Of a stretch of DNA of 64,000 nt, positions 38,301 through 50,413 are shown in pieces. How positions within the stretch are numbered: the stretch's first letter is position 1; each line of letters begins with the position of its first letter. This DNA is from an uncultured Holophagales bacterium (GTDB lineage: Bacteria; Acidobacteriota; Thermoanaerobaculia; Multivoradales; UBA5704). Location of the stretch: positions 64,001-128,000 of the forward strand of contig CAWJGT010000006.1 in the NCBI GenBank assembly GCA_963842525.1, in the 5' to 3' direction. The translations under genes were made by a program, and so were the position numbers. The notes below the pieces were generated by a model. That model was not told the DNA's origin and searched no databases. It saw only the letters and a program-made list of their open reading frames with translations.

Positions 38301-41300
38301 CCGGCCTTTCCGTGGGCCGGACCCGCCGCGGCGACCGGGGCGGGATCGTCTTCGCCTTCTCGGGCCAGGGGCCGCAGTGGCCCGGCATGGGGCGGCAGCT
38401 CTTCGCCGGGGAGCCGGTCTTCCGCGAGGTGATGGAGCGCTGCGACGAGCTGCTCCGGCCCTGGCTCGGCGAGCCCCTCTTCGACCGCCTGGACCGGGAC
38501 GAGGACGCCCTTTCGCACACCGAGCTGGCCCAGCCCGCCTTCTTCGCCCTGCAAGCGGCGCTCGCCGCCCTCTGGCGCTCCTGGGGGGTGGTCCCCGACG
38601 CGGTGATCGGCCACAGCGTCGGCGAGATCGCGGCCGCGCACGTCGCAGGCGCCCTGACCCTCGAAGAGGGGATACGGGTGGCCTGCGTCCGCGGCCGGGC
38701 CATGGAGCCGGGCCGGGGAAAAGGAGGGATGGTCGCCGTCGAGCTGCCCGAGGAGGAGGCCCGGGCCGCGCTGGCTGGGCTCGATGTCTCGATTGCGGCA
38801 GTGAACAGCCCGGCGGCCGTGGTGATCGCAGGTACCCCCGATGCCTTGGACGAAGCTGTGGCGGCCCTTCAGGCGCGTGGAATCACCTGCCGCCGGCTGC
38901 GCGTCGACTATGCCTTCCACAGCGCGGGGATGGAGCCCTTCGACCGGGAGGTGGAAGCCGGCCTCGCCGACCTGCGGCCCCGGCCGGTCGTCCTCCCGAT
39001 GATCTCGACCGTAACAGGGGCAGCCGTGGCCGGGCCGGACCTGGATGGGTCGTATTGGGGGCGCAACGTCCGGCAGCCGGTCCGTTTTGCCGACGCGATC
39101 GGCGTCCTGGCGGACCGTGCCCTGTTCCTGGAGATCGGCCCTCACCCGGTGCTCGCGGTGGCGATCTCCCAGTGCCTGGAGAGCGCGACCCTGCTGGCGT
39201 CGCTCCGCCGCGGCCGGGACGAGCGCGAGACGATGCTCGATGCGCTGGGGTCGTTGTACACGCTCGGCCATCCGATCGACTGGACGGGGGTCCACCCCGA
39301 CGGCGCCCGCCTGGTTCGCCTGCCCACGTATCCCTTCCAGCGGCAGCGGTATTGGTTCGAGGCCGGCAGCTCGACGCGCTCCGCGAGGCCGGCAGCGAAG
39401 CCCTCTGATCAGGAGACTCGGTCCATGTCCCAGCCTTCTCCCTCCAACCGCCACAGCCGCATCGCCGCGACCCTGCAGGGGATCGTCGGGCGGGTGCTGC
39501 GCATCGAGCCAAAGGACATCGACATCGAGGCACCGTTCCTGGAGCTGGGCGCCGACTCGCTCGCGCTGGTCGAGGCCTTGCGCGGCCTCCAGGAGTCCTT
39601 CGGGGTCAAGCTGACGATCCGCCAGCTCTTCGAGCAGCTCCCGTCGATCGCGGCGCTGGCGAGCTTCCTGGACCAAACGTTGCCGGCGGACCCTCACCCC
39701 CTTGATCCCCCTCTCCCAGCCGCACTCCCTTTCCCCGGGAGAGGGGGAGAAACAGAGAAAAGGACCGATGCTCCGGCCATGGAGCGGTTGTTCGCGATGC
39801 AGATCCAGGCGTTCAACGAGGGGTTCAACCAGCTCGTGGCGCAGCAGCTCCAGATGCTCGGCACGGCAACGCCATCCCTCCCCGCTCCTCCAGAACCGGT
39901 GACGACCGCCGCCGGCTCGTGGGAGCGGCGTGGGGTCAAGCCGGCCCTCGCGCCGGTGGCGAAACGGGTGCAGACGGCGGAGCCCGCGGCCCACAAAGCC
40001 CTGGAAGACCACGGCGTCCGCTTCGGCCTCTATTTCTTCGGCAACTACGCGGCCGAGTTCCGGGCCGGCAAGTACGACCTGCTGCTCGACACCGCGCGCT
40101 TCGCCGACCGCCACGGGTTCAATTCGATCTGGTTCCCCGAGCGCCATTTCCACCCGTTCGGCGGCCTGTCGCCCAATCCCTCGGTGCTCGCCGCGGCCCT
40201 GGCGCGCGAGACGGAGCGGATCGCCCTGCGGGCGGGCAGCGTCGTGCTCCCCCTGCACCACCCGGTGCGGGTAGCCGAGGAGTGGGCCCTGGTGGACAAC
40301 CTGTCGGGCGGCCGGATCGGGCTCTCCTACGCCTCGGGCTGGCACCCCAACGACTTCGCCCTGGCGCCCGAGGCCTACGGGCGCCACAGGGACCTGATGT
40401 TCGAGCGCGCCGAGACGGTCCGCCGGCTGTGGCAGGGCGAAGCGGTCCGCCTGCTCGACGGCGCCGGCAAGGAGGTCGACCTCCGCATCTTTCCCCTGCC
40501 GTCGCGGCGCGACCTGCCGGTCTGGATCACCATCGTCAACAACCCGGACACCTACCGGGCCGCCGGCGAGATGGGCGCCGGCGTGCTCACCAATCTCATG
40601 GGCCAGACGCCGGACGCGCTCGCCGCCAACCTGGCCATCTATCGCGAGGCCCTGGCGGGCGCCGGCCACCCGCCCGAACGGGGGCATGTGGCCCTGCTCC
40701 TCCATACCTTCCTCGGCCCTGACGCCGAGCAGGCGATCGACGCCGCGCGCCGGCCGTTCTACGCCTACATGGAGTCTTCGGTCGGACTGGTCCAGAACGC
40801 CTTGGCGAGCGAGGGCGCGCCGGTCGATTTCGAGCGCCTGTCGCGCGAGGACTTCGAGTACATGCTGGAGCTTGCCTACCAGCGCTATGTGAAGGCCTCG
40901 GCTCTCATCGGCTCGCCGGAGTCCGTGTCCCCGATCGTCGAGCGGCTGCGCGATGCCGGGGTGGACGAGGTGGCCTGCCTGGTCGATTTCGGGGTGGACC
41001 CGGACGCGGTGCTCGCGAGCCTCCCCTCGATCGCGGCGCTCCAGGAGCGCTTCCGCCCGCGGCGGCATCGGCCGTCCATGGCCCCGGCCGAGGTGCCGCT
41101 CACCGCGTCCCAGCGCGATCTCTATACCGTGACCCAGCTCGGGGAGGAGGCCTCGCTCGCCTACCTGGAGCCGGGCATCGTGGAGATGCGCGGGCCGCTG
41201 GACGTGGACCTCCTGCGGCGGTCGCTCCAGGCGGTGGTGGACCGGCACGAGGCCCTGCGCTCGGTCGTGCCACCCGCGGATGCGGGCGAGCCGGTGCAGG

Positions 41301-44300
41301 TCGTCCTTCCCCAGCTTCTCCTCGACGTGCCGCTGGTCGATGTGTCGGGGTGCCCACCCGAGCGGCGCGAGGAGGCCGCGCAGGGCTGGCTCACCGCCGA
41401 GAGCCTGCGCGTCTTCGACCTCACCCGCGGGCCGCTGATCCATGCGTCCCTGCTGCGCCTGGGGCCGCGGAGCCGTCCGGTGCACCGGCTCGGGGTGTTC
41501 GTCCATCACATCGTGGCCGACGGGCTGTCGATCGTGATCCTGATCCGCGACGTCTTGGTGATCTACGAGGCCGGGCGCGCCGGACGCAGGCCCGTGTTGC
41601 CGCCGGCGATGCGGTTCCGCGACTATGTGGCCTGGCTGGCGGCGGAGGGAGCCCCGACGCCCGAGGACGAGGCCTGGTGGCTCTCGCGCTTCGCCGGGAC
41701 ACTCCCGGTGTTCGAGCCGCCCGCCGACCGGCCGCGCTCGCCGGTGCGCACCTTCGCCGGCTCGCGCCGCGGCCTGGTCCTCGATCCGGACGTCCATCGG
41801 GCGCTCCACCAATTCAGCCGGGGCCGGGGCGTGACCTTCTTCATCTCGCTGCTCGCCGCCTATACGGCGATGCTCCACCGCTGGACCGGGCAGGACGACC
41901 TCATCGTCGGCGGGCCGGCCAACCGTCGGCCGCTCGAAGGGGGGGACCGGCTCGTCGGCCACTGCGTCGACCTGGTGCCCTTCCGCAGCCGAGCCGAAGG
42001 CGACCCGACCTTCCTCCAGCATCTGGCCGCCACGCGCGCCTTTGTCCTCGACACGCACGAGCACAGCGGTTATTCGTTCGCCCACCTGCTGCGAGCGCTG
42101 CGGCTGCCCCACGACCCGTCCCGGCTGCCGCTGATCAACGCCGTCTTCAGCTTCGATCCCGGCGCCGCGATCCCCAAGGCGGCCGGTCTGGAGCTGATCG
42201 AGCGTCCGCCGGTGATCACCCACGCCAAGTTCAACGTCGCGCTGCACGTCCTCGAAGCCGGCCCGGACCTCCTCGTCCAGGTGGAGTACCGGACCGACCT
42301 CTTCGAGCCCGAGACCATGGACCGCTTCCTGGAGCGCCTGGTCCTCCTGGCCGAAGGCGCCGTGGCCGATCCCTCCCGCCCCCTGGGAGACCTGCCGCTG
42401 CTCACCCCGGCCGAGCGCAGGCAGGTCCTCGACGAGTGGAGCGGCACGGCGGCGGAGTATCCGCGAAACCTCCCCCTCCACCAACTGTTCGCGGCCGTGG
42501 TCGAGCGCAATCCCGAGGCCCCGGCCTTGATCTGGACCGGCCCGGAGGGCGAAGAGCGGCTGACCTACGGCGAGCTGGCTGCCCGGGCGGATGAGCTGGC
42601 GGACCGGCTGCGTGCGCTCGGGGTGGGGCCGGAAGTACGGGTGGTCCTGGAGATGGAGCGGTCGCCCGAGCTGGTCGTAGCCATGCTGGCGGTCCTGAAG
42701 GCGGGTGGGGCGTATGTGCCGATCGATCCGGCCGATCCGGCGGAGCGGCGGGCGTTTCTTCGCGAGGATTCGGGGGCAGCAGTGGTTCTCCCCTCTCCCG
42801 GGGGATGGGAGGGCGATGGGAGAGGGGCCGGGGGTGAGGGGCTCGGCGGCGGCGACCACCTCGCCTGCGTGATCTACACCTCCGGCTCCACCGGCAAGCC
42901 CAAAGGCGTGGCCATCCTCCACCATGCCATCGCCCGGCTGGCGCTGAACACCGACTACATCCACCTGGGGCCGGGCGACCGTATCGCCCACGCCTCGAGC
43001 CCGGCCTTTGACGCCACCACGTTCGAGGTCTGGGGGGCGCTCCTGACCGGAGCGGCGCTGGTGGTGATTTCACGCGAGGTGGCTCTGGCACCCGCGATGC
43101 TGGCCGAGGAGGTCCGGCGGCGGGGCGTCACGGCCATGTTCCTCACCACAGCTCTTTTCAACGAGGTGGTCCGCGAGGCGCCGCAGGTCGCGCGCGACCT
43201 GCGTTGGCTGCTCTTCGGCGGCGAGGCGGTCACGCCGCAGCGGGTCCGCGAGGCGTTGGCGGCGGCCGGGCCGGAGCTGCGGCTCGTGCACCTGTACGGC
43301 CCCGCGGAGGGCACCACGCTGGCGACCTGGCACCACGTGGAATCCGTGCCCGAGGGACGGACGGTTCCGATCGGCGGTCCGGTCGCCAACACCCGGGTCT
43401 GGTTGCTCGATCCGCTCCTGCGGCCGGTGCCGGTGGGTACGCCCGGCGAGCTGTGCATCGGCGGCGACGGTCTGGCCCGCGGTTATCTCGGCCGGCCGGA
43501 CCTCACCGCCGAGCGCTTCGTGCCGAGCCCGTTCGAGGCCGGCGAGCGCCTCTATCGCACGGGCGACCTGGCGCGCCGGCGGCCGGAGCGGCCGGGGTCG
43601 CCGGGGTGGCCGGACGGTGCCATCGAGTTCCTGGGGCGGACCGATACCCAGGTGAAGATCCGCGGCCTCCGCATCGAGCCGGGGGAGGTCGAAACCGTCC
43701 TCGCCGGCTGCCCCGGGGTGCGGGAGGCCGCTGTCGTGGTCCAGGAGACGGACGGCGGGCGGCGGCTGGCCGCCTTTGTGGTGCTCGAAGCGGGGGCCAC
43801 CCCGCAGATTCCCCCGGATATCCGAGGCTTCCTGGCCCAGCGGCTGCCGGCGTGGATGGTCCCTGCCGGGGTGACTGTCCTCGACGCCCTCCCGGTGACC
43901 CCGGGCGGCAAGGTGGATCGCCGCGCCCTGGCCCTCCTGGAGAAGGCCGGCGGCTCCTCGGAGCGCCCCTTCGAGGCGCCGCGCAATCCGGTCGAGGAGA
44001 TCCTGGCCGGCGCCTGGGCCGATGTCCTGCGCCGCGAGCGGATCGGCATTCACGACGACTTCTTCGCGCTCGGTGGCCACTCGCTCCTCGCCGGCCGGGT
44101 CCTCTCCCGCCTGCGCGGTCTGCTGGGCGCGGAGGTCTCGCTGCGCGACTTCTTCCGCGAGCCGACCGTGGCCGGCCTGGCCCGGCTCGCCGAGCGGGCG
44201 CGCCAGACTGCCGCAGGAGCTGTCCCGCCTCCAATCGTGCCAGCGCTGAGGGCACCCGGGAGTGACCATCTCCGTCTCTCGTTCGCCCAGGAGCGGCTCT

Positions 44301-46660
44301 GGCTCATCGACCAGCTCCAGCCGGGGAGCACCGCCTACAACAGCTTCCTCCCCGCCCTGCTGACCGGCCGGCTCGACGCCGCGGCCCTGGAGCGGGCGCT
44401 GGGCGAGATCCGCCGCCGTCACGAGGTGTTGCGCACCCGGTTCGTCGCCACGCCGGAGGGGCCGGTCCAGGTGATCGACACGCCTGGCGCCTGGCACCTG
44501 CCAGGGGTGGACCTCGACGCCCTCCCCCCGGCCGTGCGCGAGACCGAGCTGCACCGGCTGGCCGCCGCGGCGGCCAGCCGGCCGTTCGACCTCGCCCGCG
44601 GACCGCTCTTCCGACCCACCCTGCTGCGTCTCGGAGAGAGCGAGCACGCCCTCCTTCTCGACCTCCACCACTCCGTCTGCGACGGCTGGTCGCTGGAGGA
44701 GGTGATGACGGCCGAGCTGAGCGCCCTCTATCAGGCGTTTTCTGAGGTTGCCGCGGGACGGCCGTCGCCGCTGCCCGAGCTGCCGATCCAGTATGCCGAC
44801 TTCGCGCAGTGGCAGCGGCAGTGGCTCCAGGGCAAAGCCCTGGAAACGCAGCTCGCCTGGTGGCGGGAGCGGCTCGGCGGCGAGCCCCCCGCTCTGGACC
44901 TCCCTACAGACCGGCCGCGCCCCGCGGTTCTGAGCGGACGCGGCGACTCCGAGACGATCTTTCTCCCGCCGGACCTGCTGGCGGGCCTCGCCGGGCTTGC
45001 CCAGCGGCACGGGGCGACGCTGTTCATGGTTCTGCTCGCGGGGCTCCAGGCCGTGCTCCACCGCTGGTCCGGGCAGGACCGGATCGGCATCGGCACCCCG
45101 GTCGCCAACCGCAACCGCCTGGAGATCGAGCCCCTGATCGGCTTCTTCATCAACACCCTCGTCCTGGCGCCCGACCTCGCCGGGAATCCCTCGGTCAGCT
45201 CGCTGCTGGAGCGGGTGCGGGACCTGACCCTGGGCGCCTTCGACCACCAGGACCTCCCCTTCGAGAAGCTGGTCGCGGTGCTCCAGACCCGCCGCGACCC
45301 GAGCCGGAACCCGCTCTTCCAGGTCCTCTTCGTGCTGCAGAACAACCGGCCGTCGTCCCTCGACCTGCCCGGATTGGAGGTCGCCGTGCTGCCCCCCGGC
45401 CCCGCCGTGGTGCAGTTCGATCTCTCGTTTTCGGCCGTCGAGAGTCAGGGAAGCCTCCTCCTGTCGGTGGCCTGGAGCGCCGACCTCTTCGACCGCACCA
45501 CCGTCGAGAGGCTGCTGGCCGACGTGCGCCGCGGCCTGGAGGGGATGGTGGAGGACCCGGCGCAGACCCTTCGCGACCTGCCCCTGGCCTTCGGGCCGCC
45601 GGAGCGCCGGCAGGTCGCGTCCGAGCAGGTGGAGGCTGCGGCGGCGCCCGGCGATGAGGCGGGGGAGGCGCCGCAGGAGGGCCTCCGGCAGCGGCGCCAG
45701 CAGGTCGCCTCCCGCCGCCGGCAGCTCTCGCCGGAGCGGCGTGCCCTGCTGGAGAAATGGGTGGGCGGCGCGCCGGCCGGGGCGGCTCCCGAGGATGAGG
45801 CGAAGGAGGCGCCGCCGGTCTCGCCGCTGGTGCCCGTCCAGCCCATCGTGCCCGGGGAGGACGTCCGGCCGCCGATCTTCCTCGCGCATCCGGCCAACGG
45901 CACGGTCAACAACTACCTCGCGCTGGCGCGCCAGCTCGGTCCGGAGCAGCCGCTCTACGCCCTCCAGGCGCCGGGCCTTGCGGGCGGCGAGGTGCTGGCG
46001 GACCTGGAGCCCATCGCCGCCCGTTATGTGGAGGCGGTGCGCACGGTCCAGCCGCACGGCCCGTACCGGCTCGGCGGCTGGTGCACGGGCGGGACCGTCG
46101 CCTTCGAGATGGCCCGCAAGCTGCACCGGGAGGGGGAGGAGGTGGACCTCCTGGTGCTGATCGACAGCCATGCGCCGCCGGCCGAGCTCCCCGGGCCGGC
46201 CGACGAGGCCATCCTCCTCGGATCGTTCGCCGAAGAGCTTGCCACCTCGGCAGGCAAGAGCCTGCGCGCCCCGCTCGACGACCTGCGCCGCATCGCGCCG
46301 GAGGAGCGCCTGGACTGGCTGCTGGAGCTGGCGCGCCAGAGCGGGGTCCTTCCCGAGAGCTTCGACGCCGAGCAGGCCCACCGGCATTGGGAGGTCCTGC
46401 GCGCCAACGTGCGGGCCATCGAGCGCGCCCGGCTGGAGCCCCTGCCGCTGCGCGCGGTCCAGTTCCGCGCCATGACCCAGCCGCCCGAGGCACAGGGGCG
46501 AAGGGCCCTTGGCTGGGACCTCTGGATCGCCGGCCCGTTGGAGATCGTCGACCTCCCCGGAGGCCACGAAGACCTCCTGCGCCCGCCGTACCTGGAGGCC
46601 CTCGCCCGCGAGATGACCGCCCGGCTGGCCCCGGCGGTAGGGGTGACGCCCGGGATATGA
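35375..46660 (+). CDS. Fused hybrid PKS/NRPS: ACP-KS-AT-AT-ACP-LLM-C-A-PCP-C-TE (copy C)
   Basis: GTG 35375 overlaps the upstream TGA and has a GGAGGAG RBS. Same motifs as copy B but no aminotransferase; C-terminal thioesterase FLAHPANG, GWCTG, LIDS, GGHEDL. Confidence 0.95.
36952..37098. repeat. In-frame inverted doublet of family-1 REP forming the KS-AT1 linker (copy C)
   Basis: 147 bp at the same position as 24669-24830, with a different spacer. Confidence 0.85.
39691..39748. repeat. In-frame family-1 REP after the internal ACP (copy C)
   Basis: ccctcacccccttgatccccctctcccagccgcactccctttccccgggagaggggg. Confidence 0.8.
42788..42840. repeat. In-frame family-1 REP in the A-domain loop (copy C)
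   Basis: ctcccctctcccgggggatgggagggcgatgggagaggggccgggggtgaggg. Confidence 0.8.
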
Positions 46661-46667
46661 TCGCCCT

Positions 46668-47376
46668 GTGCTGCGCGCCGTCCTGTTCGATTTCAACGGA
46701 ATCCTGGTGGATGACGAGCCGATCCACCTCGAGGTGTTGCAGCGGGTGCTCGGCGAGGAAGGGATCTCCCTCTCGGCCGAGGACTACTACAGCCACTACC
46801 TCGGCTTCGACGACCGCGCCTGTTTTACGGCGGCGCTGCGCCAGTCCGGCGAGGAGCCGGCGGCGCCCCGGCTGATGCGGCTGATCGCGCGCAAGGCCTC
46901 GTACTACCAGGAGAAGATCCGCGAGCGCGGCTATCCCATCTTTCCCGGCGCCGCCGAGCTGGTCCGGGAAGCTCTCGGCGGCGCGCCGGATGCTGGGCAT
47001 CGTGACCGGCGCCCTGCTGGAGGAGGTCGAGGGGGCGCTCCGCCAGGCCGGGCTGCGCGACCGCTTCAAGGTCCTCGTCACCGCCGAGGACGTGACCGCG
47101 AGCAAACCCGACCCCGAGGGGTACCAGCGCGCCCTGGAGGCGCTCAACTCCCTGCCGCCGCTGCCGGAGCGGATGATCCACCCCCACGAGGTCCTCGCCG
47201 TCGAGGACAGCCCCGCCGGGCTCGCCGCGGCGGCGGAGATGGGGCTGGTGACCCTCGGCGTCGCCCAGACCTACCCGGCCGACCGGCTGCGCCAGGCCCA
47301 TGCCGTGGCGGCAAGCCTCCGCGGCCTGACGCTCGGGCGACTCGAGCAGCTCTTCGCCGAGGCCAGCCGCCGCTGA
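46668..47376 (+). CDS. HAD-family phosphatase; frameshift near 46980
   Basis: Motif I FDFNGILVD in ORF 46668; LGIVTG, SKPDPEGY and AVEDSPAG in ORF 46990..47376. Confidence 0.88.
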
Positions 47377-47393
47377 CCCCGCCCCGCATTCCC

Positions 47394-48017
47394 ATGGAAC
47401 CAGAGACCCGCCGGCGCATCGAGCAGTACGTCCGCCCGCTCTATGCGGGTCTGGACGGCGTCCAGACCTTCGACCGGGTGGACCGGCTGCATGCGCACAT
47501 CGCCGCGATCCGGTCAGCCATCGGGGAGAGCGCGCCGCGGATCGACGACGACCTGCTGGAGCTGCTGCTCCTCCTGCATGGGGCCGTCGACCGGCTGGGA
47601 TCGCTCGCGGCCGGCGGCCGGCTCGACCTCTTTCTGCGCGGCCTGGGGCTCGCCGAAGACCTGGTGCGCGGCGTGCGGACGGCCCTCGGCCGTTTCCGGG
47701 ACAACCCGCGCCGGCCGGAAGAAGAGCTCCTCCACGACGCGCTGCTGCTGGAGTCCGCGGGCGTGGTCGCGGCGGCGGAGCGGCTGATGGCGGCGGGGAA
47801 GAAGCGGGTGCCGCTGGTGCGCGCATTGGCGCAGCTCGATCCCGGGCCGCCGAAAGAGCGCTATCGGACCGTCCAGGGCGCGGTGTTTGGTACAGCCCGG
47901 CGCCGGGAGGCGGAAGATTGGATCGAGGCTCCTGCGCCGCAAGGCGGCGCAGGAGGATCAGGTGGGCCAGTTGAAAATCAATTGACGGGCAGGCGCCCGG
48001 CGAACCCTTCGTCGTAG
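47394..48017 (+). CDS. Hypothetical protein with degenerate HD-domain-like fold; 3' end uncertain (possible frameshift near 47930)
   Basis: ATG 47394; YVRPLYAGLDGVQTFDRVDR...LLLLLHG...EEELLHDALLLE resembles the HD scaffold without the canonical metal ligands. Confidence 0.55.
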   Translation: MEPETRRRIEQYVRPLYAGLDGVQTFDRVDRLHAHIAAIRSAIGESAPRIDDDLLELLLLLHGAVDRLGSLAAGGRLDLFLRGLGLAEDLVRGVRTALGRFRDNPRRPEEELLHDALLLESAGVVAAAERLMAAGKKRVPLVRALAQLDPGPPKERYRTVQGAVFGTARRREAEDWIEAPAPQGGAGGSGGPVENQLTGRRPANPSS

Positions 48018-48331
48018 GTGTGGAAAAAGCCCAGCGACTCTTCCGGGAAACGCCAGCAGTAGTAGCCGTCGCCGCTGTCCCAGTCCACCAGCCAGAGCCC
48101 CTTGACCTCGCAGCCGACCGAGCTGACCTGTTCCGCCCACCAGCGGAAGATCAGCTCGCGGGCCTCCTCCAGCTCCGGGCGGCGCGATTCCTGCTCCTCG
48201 CGGCTGCCCAACGTGTTGACCAGCGCCTCCATCTGGCGCACCGCCTCGGCCGTGGCGTCGCGGACCACGGGGAAGGTGGAGATCGCCTCGTCGTACGAGA
48301 AGATCCTCTTGGTGCGTCGCTTCTCAGGCAT
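47978..48331 (-). CDS. DUF2203-family protein
   Basis: GCEVKGLWLVDW...YYCWRFPE...FFH..DEGFAGR pattern. Confidence 0.8.
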   Translation of the reverse strand: MPEKRRTKRIFSYDEAISTFPVVRDATAEAVRQMEALVNTLGSREEQESRRPELEEARELIFRWWAEQVSSVGCEVKGLWLVDWDSGDGYYCWRFPEESLGFFHTYDEGFAGRLPVN

Positions 48332-48433
48332 AAGGAACGAAAATCATAGCAGAGGCTGCGCTCCATGTCGCCCTCTTGGCGGGCCGGGGGTGGCTGCGGT
48401 ACATTTCCAGGCATCGTGAGCATCCAGGATCGG

Positions 48434-48991
48434 ATGACCGAGCGCACGCGCGGCCATGTAGAGGCGATCTCCGGAGGCATGTTCTCCGGCAAGAGCGAGG
48501 AGCTCGTCCGCCGGTTGCGGCGCGCCACCATCGCCCGCCAGACGGTCCAGGTGTTCAAGCCGGCCGCCGACCATCGCCATGCGCCGGAACGGCTGGTCAC
48601 CCGCGACAACCGCGAGCTGGAGGCGGTCTCGGTGACCTGCAGTTGCGAGCTGCGGCGCAAGCTCCTTCCAGGGGTGCAGGTGGTGGGGATCGACGAGGCG
48701 CAGTTCTTCGACGCCGGCCTGGTCCAGCTCGTCGGCGAGCTGGCCGACTCCGGCGTGCGGGTCATCGTCGCCGGGCTCGACCTCGACTATCTGCGCCGTC
48801 CCTTCGGGCCGATGCCCCTGCTCCTCGCCCTCGCCGAGTACGTGGACAAGATGCACGCCGTCTGCATCCGCTGCGGCGCGCCCGCCCACTACAGCCAGCG
48901 CATCGCCGGCGGCACCGAGCAGCTCCAGGTCGGCGACAACGAAGCCTACGAAGCCCGCTGCCGTCACTGCTACCATCCGTTCGAGGGGTGA
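48434..48991 (+). CDS. tdk: Thymidine kinase
   Basis: GMFSGKSEEL, IDEAQFF, AGLDLDY...PFG, CxxC...YEARCRHC. Confidence 0.95.
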   Translation: MTERTRGHVEAISGGMFSGKSEELVRRLRRATIARQTVQVFKPAADHRHAPERLVTRDNRELEAVSVTCSCELRRKLLPGVQVVGIDEAQFFDAGLVQLVGELADSGVRVIVAGLDLDYLRRPFGPMPLLLALAEYVDKMHAVCIRCGAPAHYSQRIAGGTEQLQVGDNEAYEARCRHCYHPFEG

Positions 48992-49011
48992 GGCAGGACG
49001 CCACGGCGTCT

Positions 49012-49550
49012 CTACTCCTGAATGTCTACCGTGATTCGCAGGAGAGGCGCCGAACCGTCTGCGAAAAGCTCGCGCCATTGCTGTACGGGAATCCTGAACG
49101 CGGCTTTGGGCGGTTTATAACTCCGGGACCATGCGCCGAGGGTGAGATCGTTCCAGAACTGTTGCCCAACCACTCGGCCATCCTTGCTCACGAGAGCGAC
49201 GGTCAAATCGACATCCTGGAGGGGCCATTCGCTGACCAGCATCGGTGCTGCTTCGACAACTACTTCTGTCGAGGTCTCAGCAACCTTCTTCACCGTCAGC
49301 ATCCGTACGCGAGCCTGATCACAGACAAAAAATCCGTCTCCGGATAGGCTCTTGCCTTGCCGAGCGGCTGCTGATCGAACGACGCCCGGGCCGTCCCTCC
49401 CGCGTCGACATCAGCGCCGAGTGAGACCTCGATCTGCATCGGATCAGGAATCTCTGTCCGCCCGGCACTGCCAGCGGCCGGGCCAGCGGAAACCTGAAAG
49501 AGTGCCAAAAGTACCGATTGCAAGAAAGAACTCAGCCATTTGAATGCCAC
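49012..49550 (-). CDS. Hypothetical secreted protein, apparently split by a frameshift near 49300
   Basis: Overlapping ORFs 49296..49550 (signal-peptide-like N-terminus) and 49012..49302 in a lower-GC segment. Confidence 0.4.
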
Positions 49551-50278
49551 TCGATCGACTTCAACAGGACGCTTGCCAGCCGGTGGACGGCCTTCCGCAC
49601 CGAAGGATCGGGGTTGGCGAAGTCGTCAGGTGCCGCACTAACGGCACCACCAAGCTGTTCCCATGTTATGTAGGCAACAATCGCATCGACCTGTTCAAGA
49701 AGCTGGTCGGCCGGCGGGAAGCGCTGACCCGTGCGTTGAAGTACCGGCTCAAGATACTTGGCGATGGCATCACGAATAGGAAGGCGCGCGGAACGCTGCA
49801 CGCGAACAGGGGGTGCCTCCGCCAAGACAAGAAGCAGAAGAGGTCTTCGGCCTCGTGCCTCCTGCAGCGTTGTCACGAATTCACGAGCCAACTGCTCCGG
49901 TTGAAAGCAAGCCTTTTTCAGGCGCTTCGCCTCGATGAGACAGTAGACGCGATTGGCTTGGAGAATACCGTCTGGCTGCACGCAGAGCGGCACGCCCTTA
50001 GGAGTCTGCTTGGCTAGATAGATGTCTCCCGGAAGGAAGCTAAACTCGAGATCCTCGATTTGGTCGTGCAGCAGTTCGCGAGTTCCCTGAGCGCCGCCCT
50101 GCAGTGATTTGACTACGCGTCCAAGGAATTCTGCGCGCGGAAGGAAGTTGAGCGCTTGAAAGACCTCAGCGGTGAGGACGTTCTCAAAGCCGCGGCCGCC
50201 TTTGCGGTAGTGCCGCGCGTTCCCCTCCCAAGAGATCTCCTCAAGCAGCCTGCCCAGAACGGTCGGGGAAGTCTTCAT
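49532..50278 (-). CDS. Hypothetical protein with PD-(D/E)XK nuclease-like motifs
   Basis: ENVLT...VQPDGIL...CLIEAKR...EQLARE pattern; lower GC than the flanks. Confidence 0.65.
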   Translation of the reverse strand: MKTSPTVLGRLLEEISWEGNARHYRKGGRGFENVLTAEVFQALNFLPRAEFLGRVVKSLQGGAQGTRELLHDQIEDLEFSFLPGDIYLAKQTPKGVPLCVQPDGILQANRVYCLIEAKRLKKACFQPEQLAREFVTTLQEARGRRPLLLLVLAEAPPVRVQRSARLPIRDAIAKYLEPVLQRTGQRFPPADQLLEQVDAIVAYITWEQLGGAVSAAPDDFANPDPSVRKAVHRLASVLLKSIEWHSNG

Positions 50279-50413
50279 CTCAGCGAATACCTAAGCTCTC
50301 GCAGTTGTGCCACCGCCGTCTAACGGAATTCGAACCCCCCAGAGGCGTGCCTATGCCTCAGCATCTGCTAGCCACTCTGCTGCCGGCACTCTTTCCCCGG
50401 CTGTTGCAAAAAA

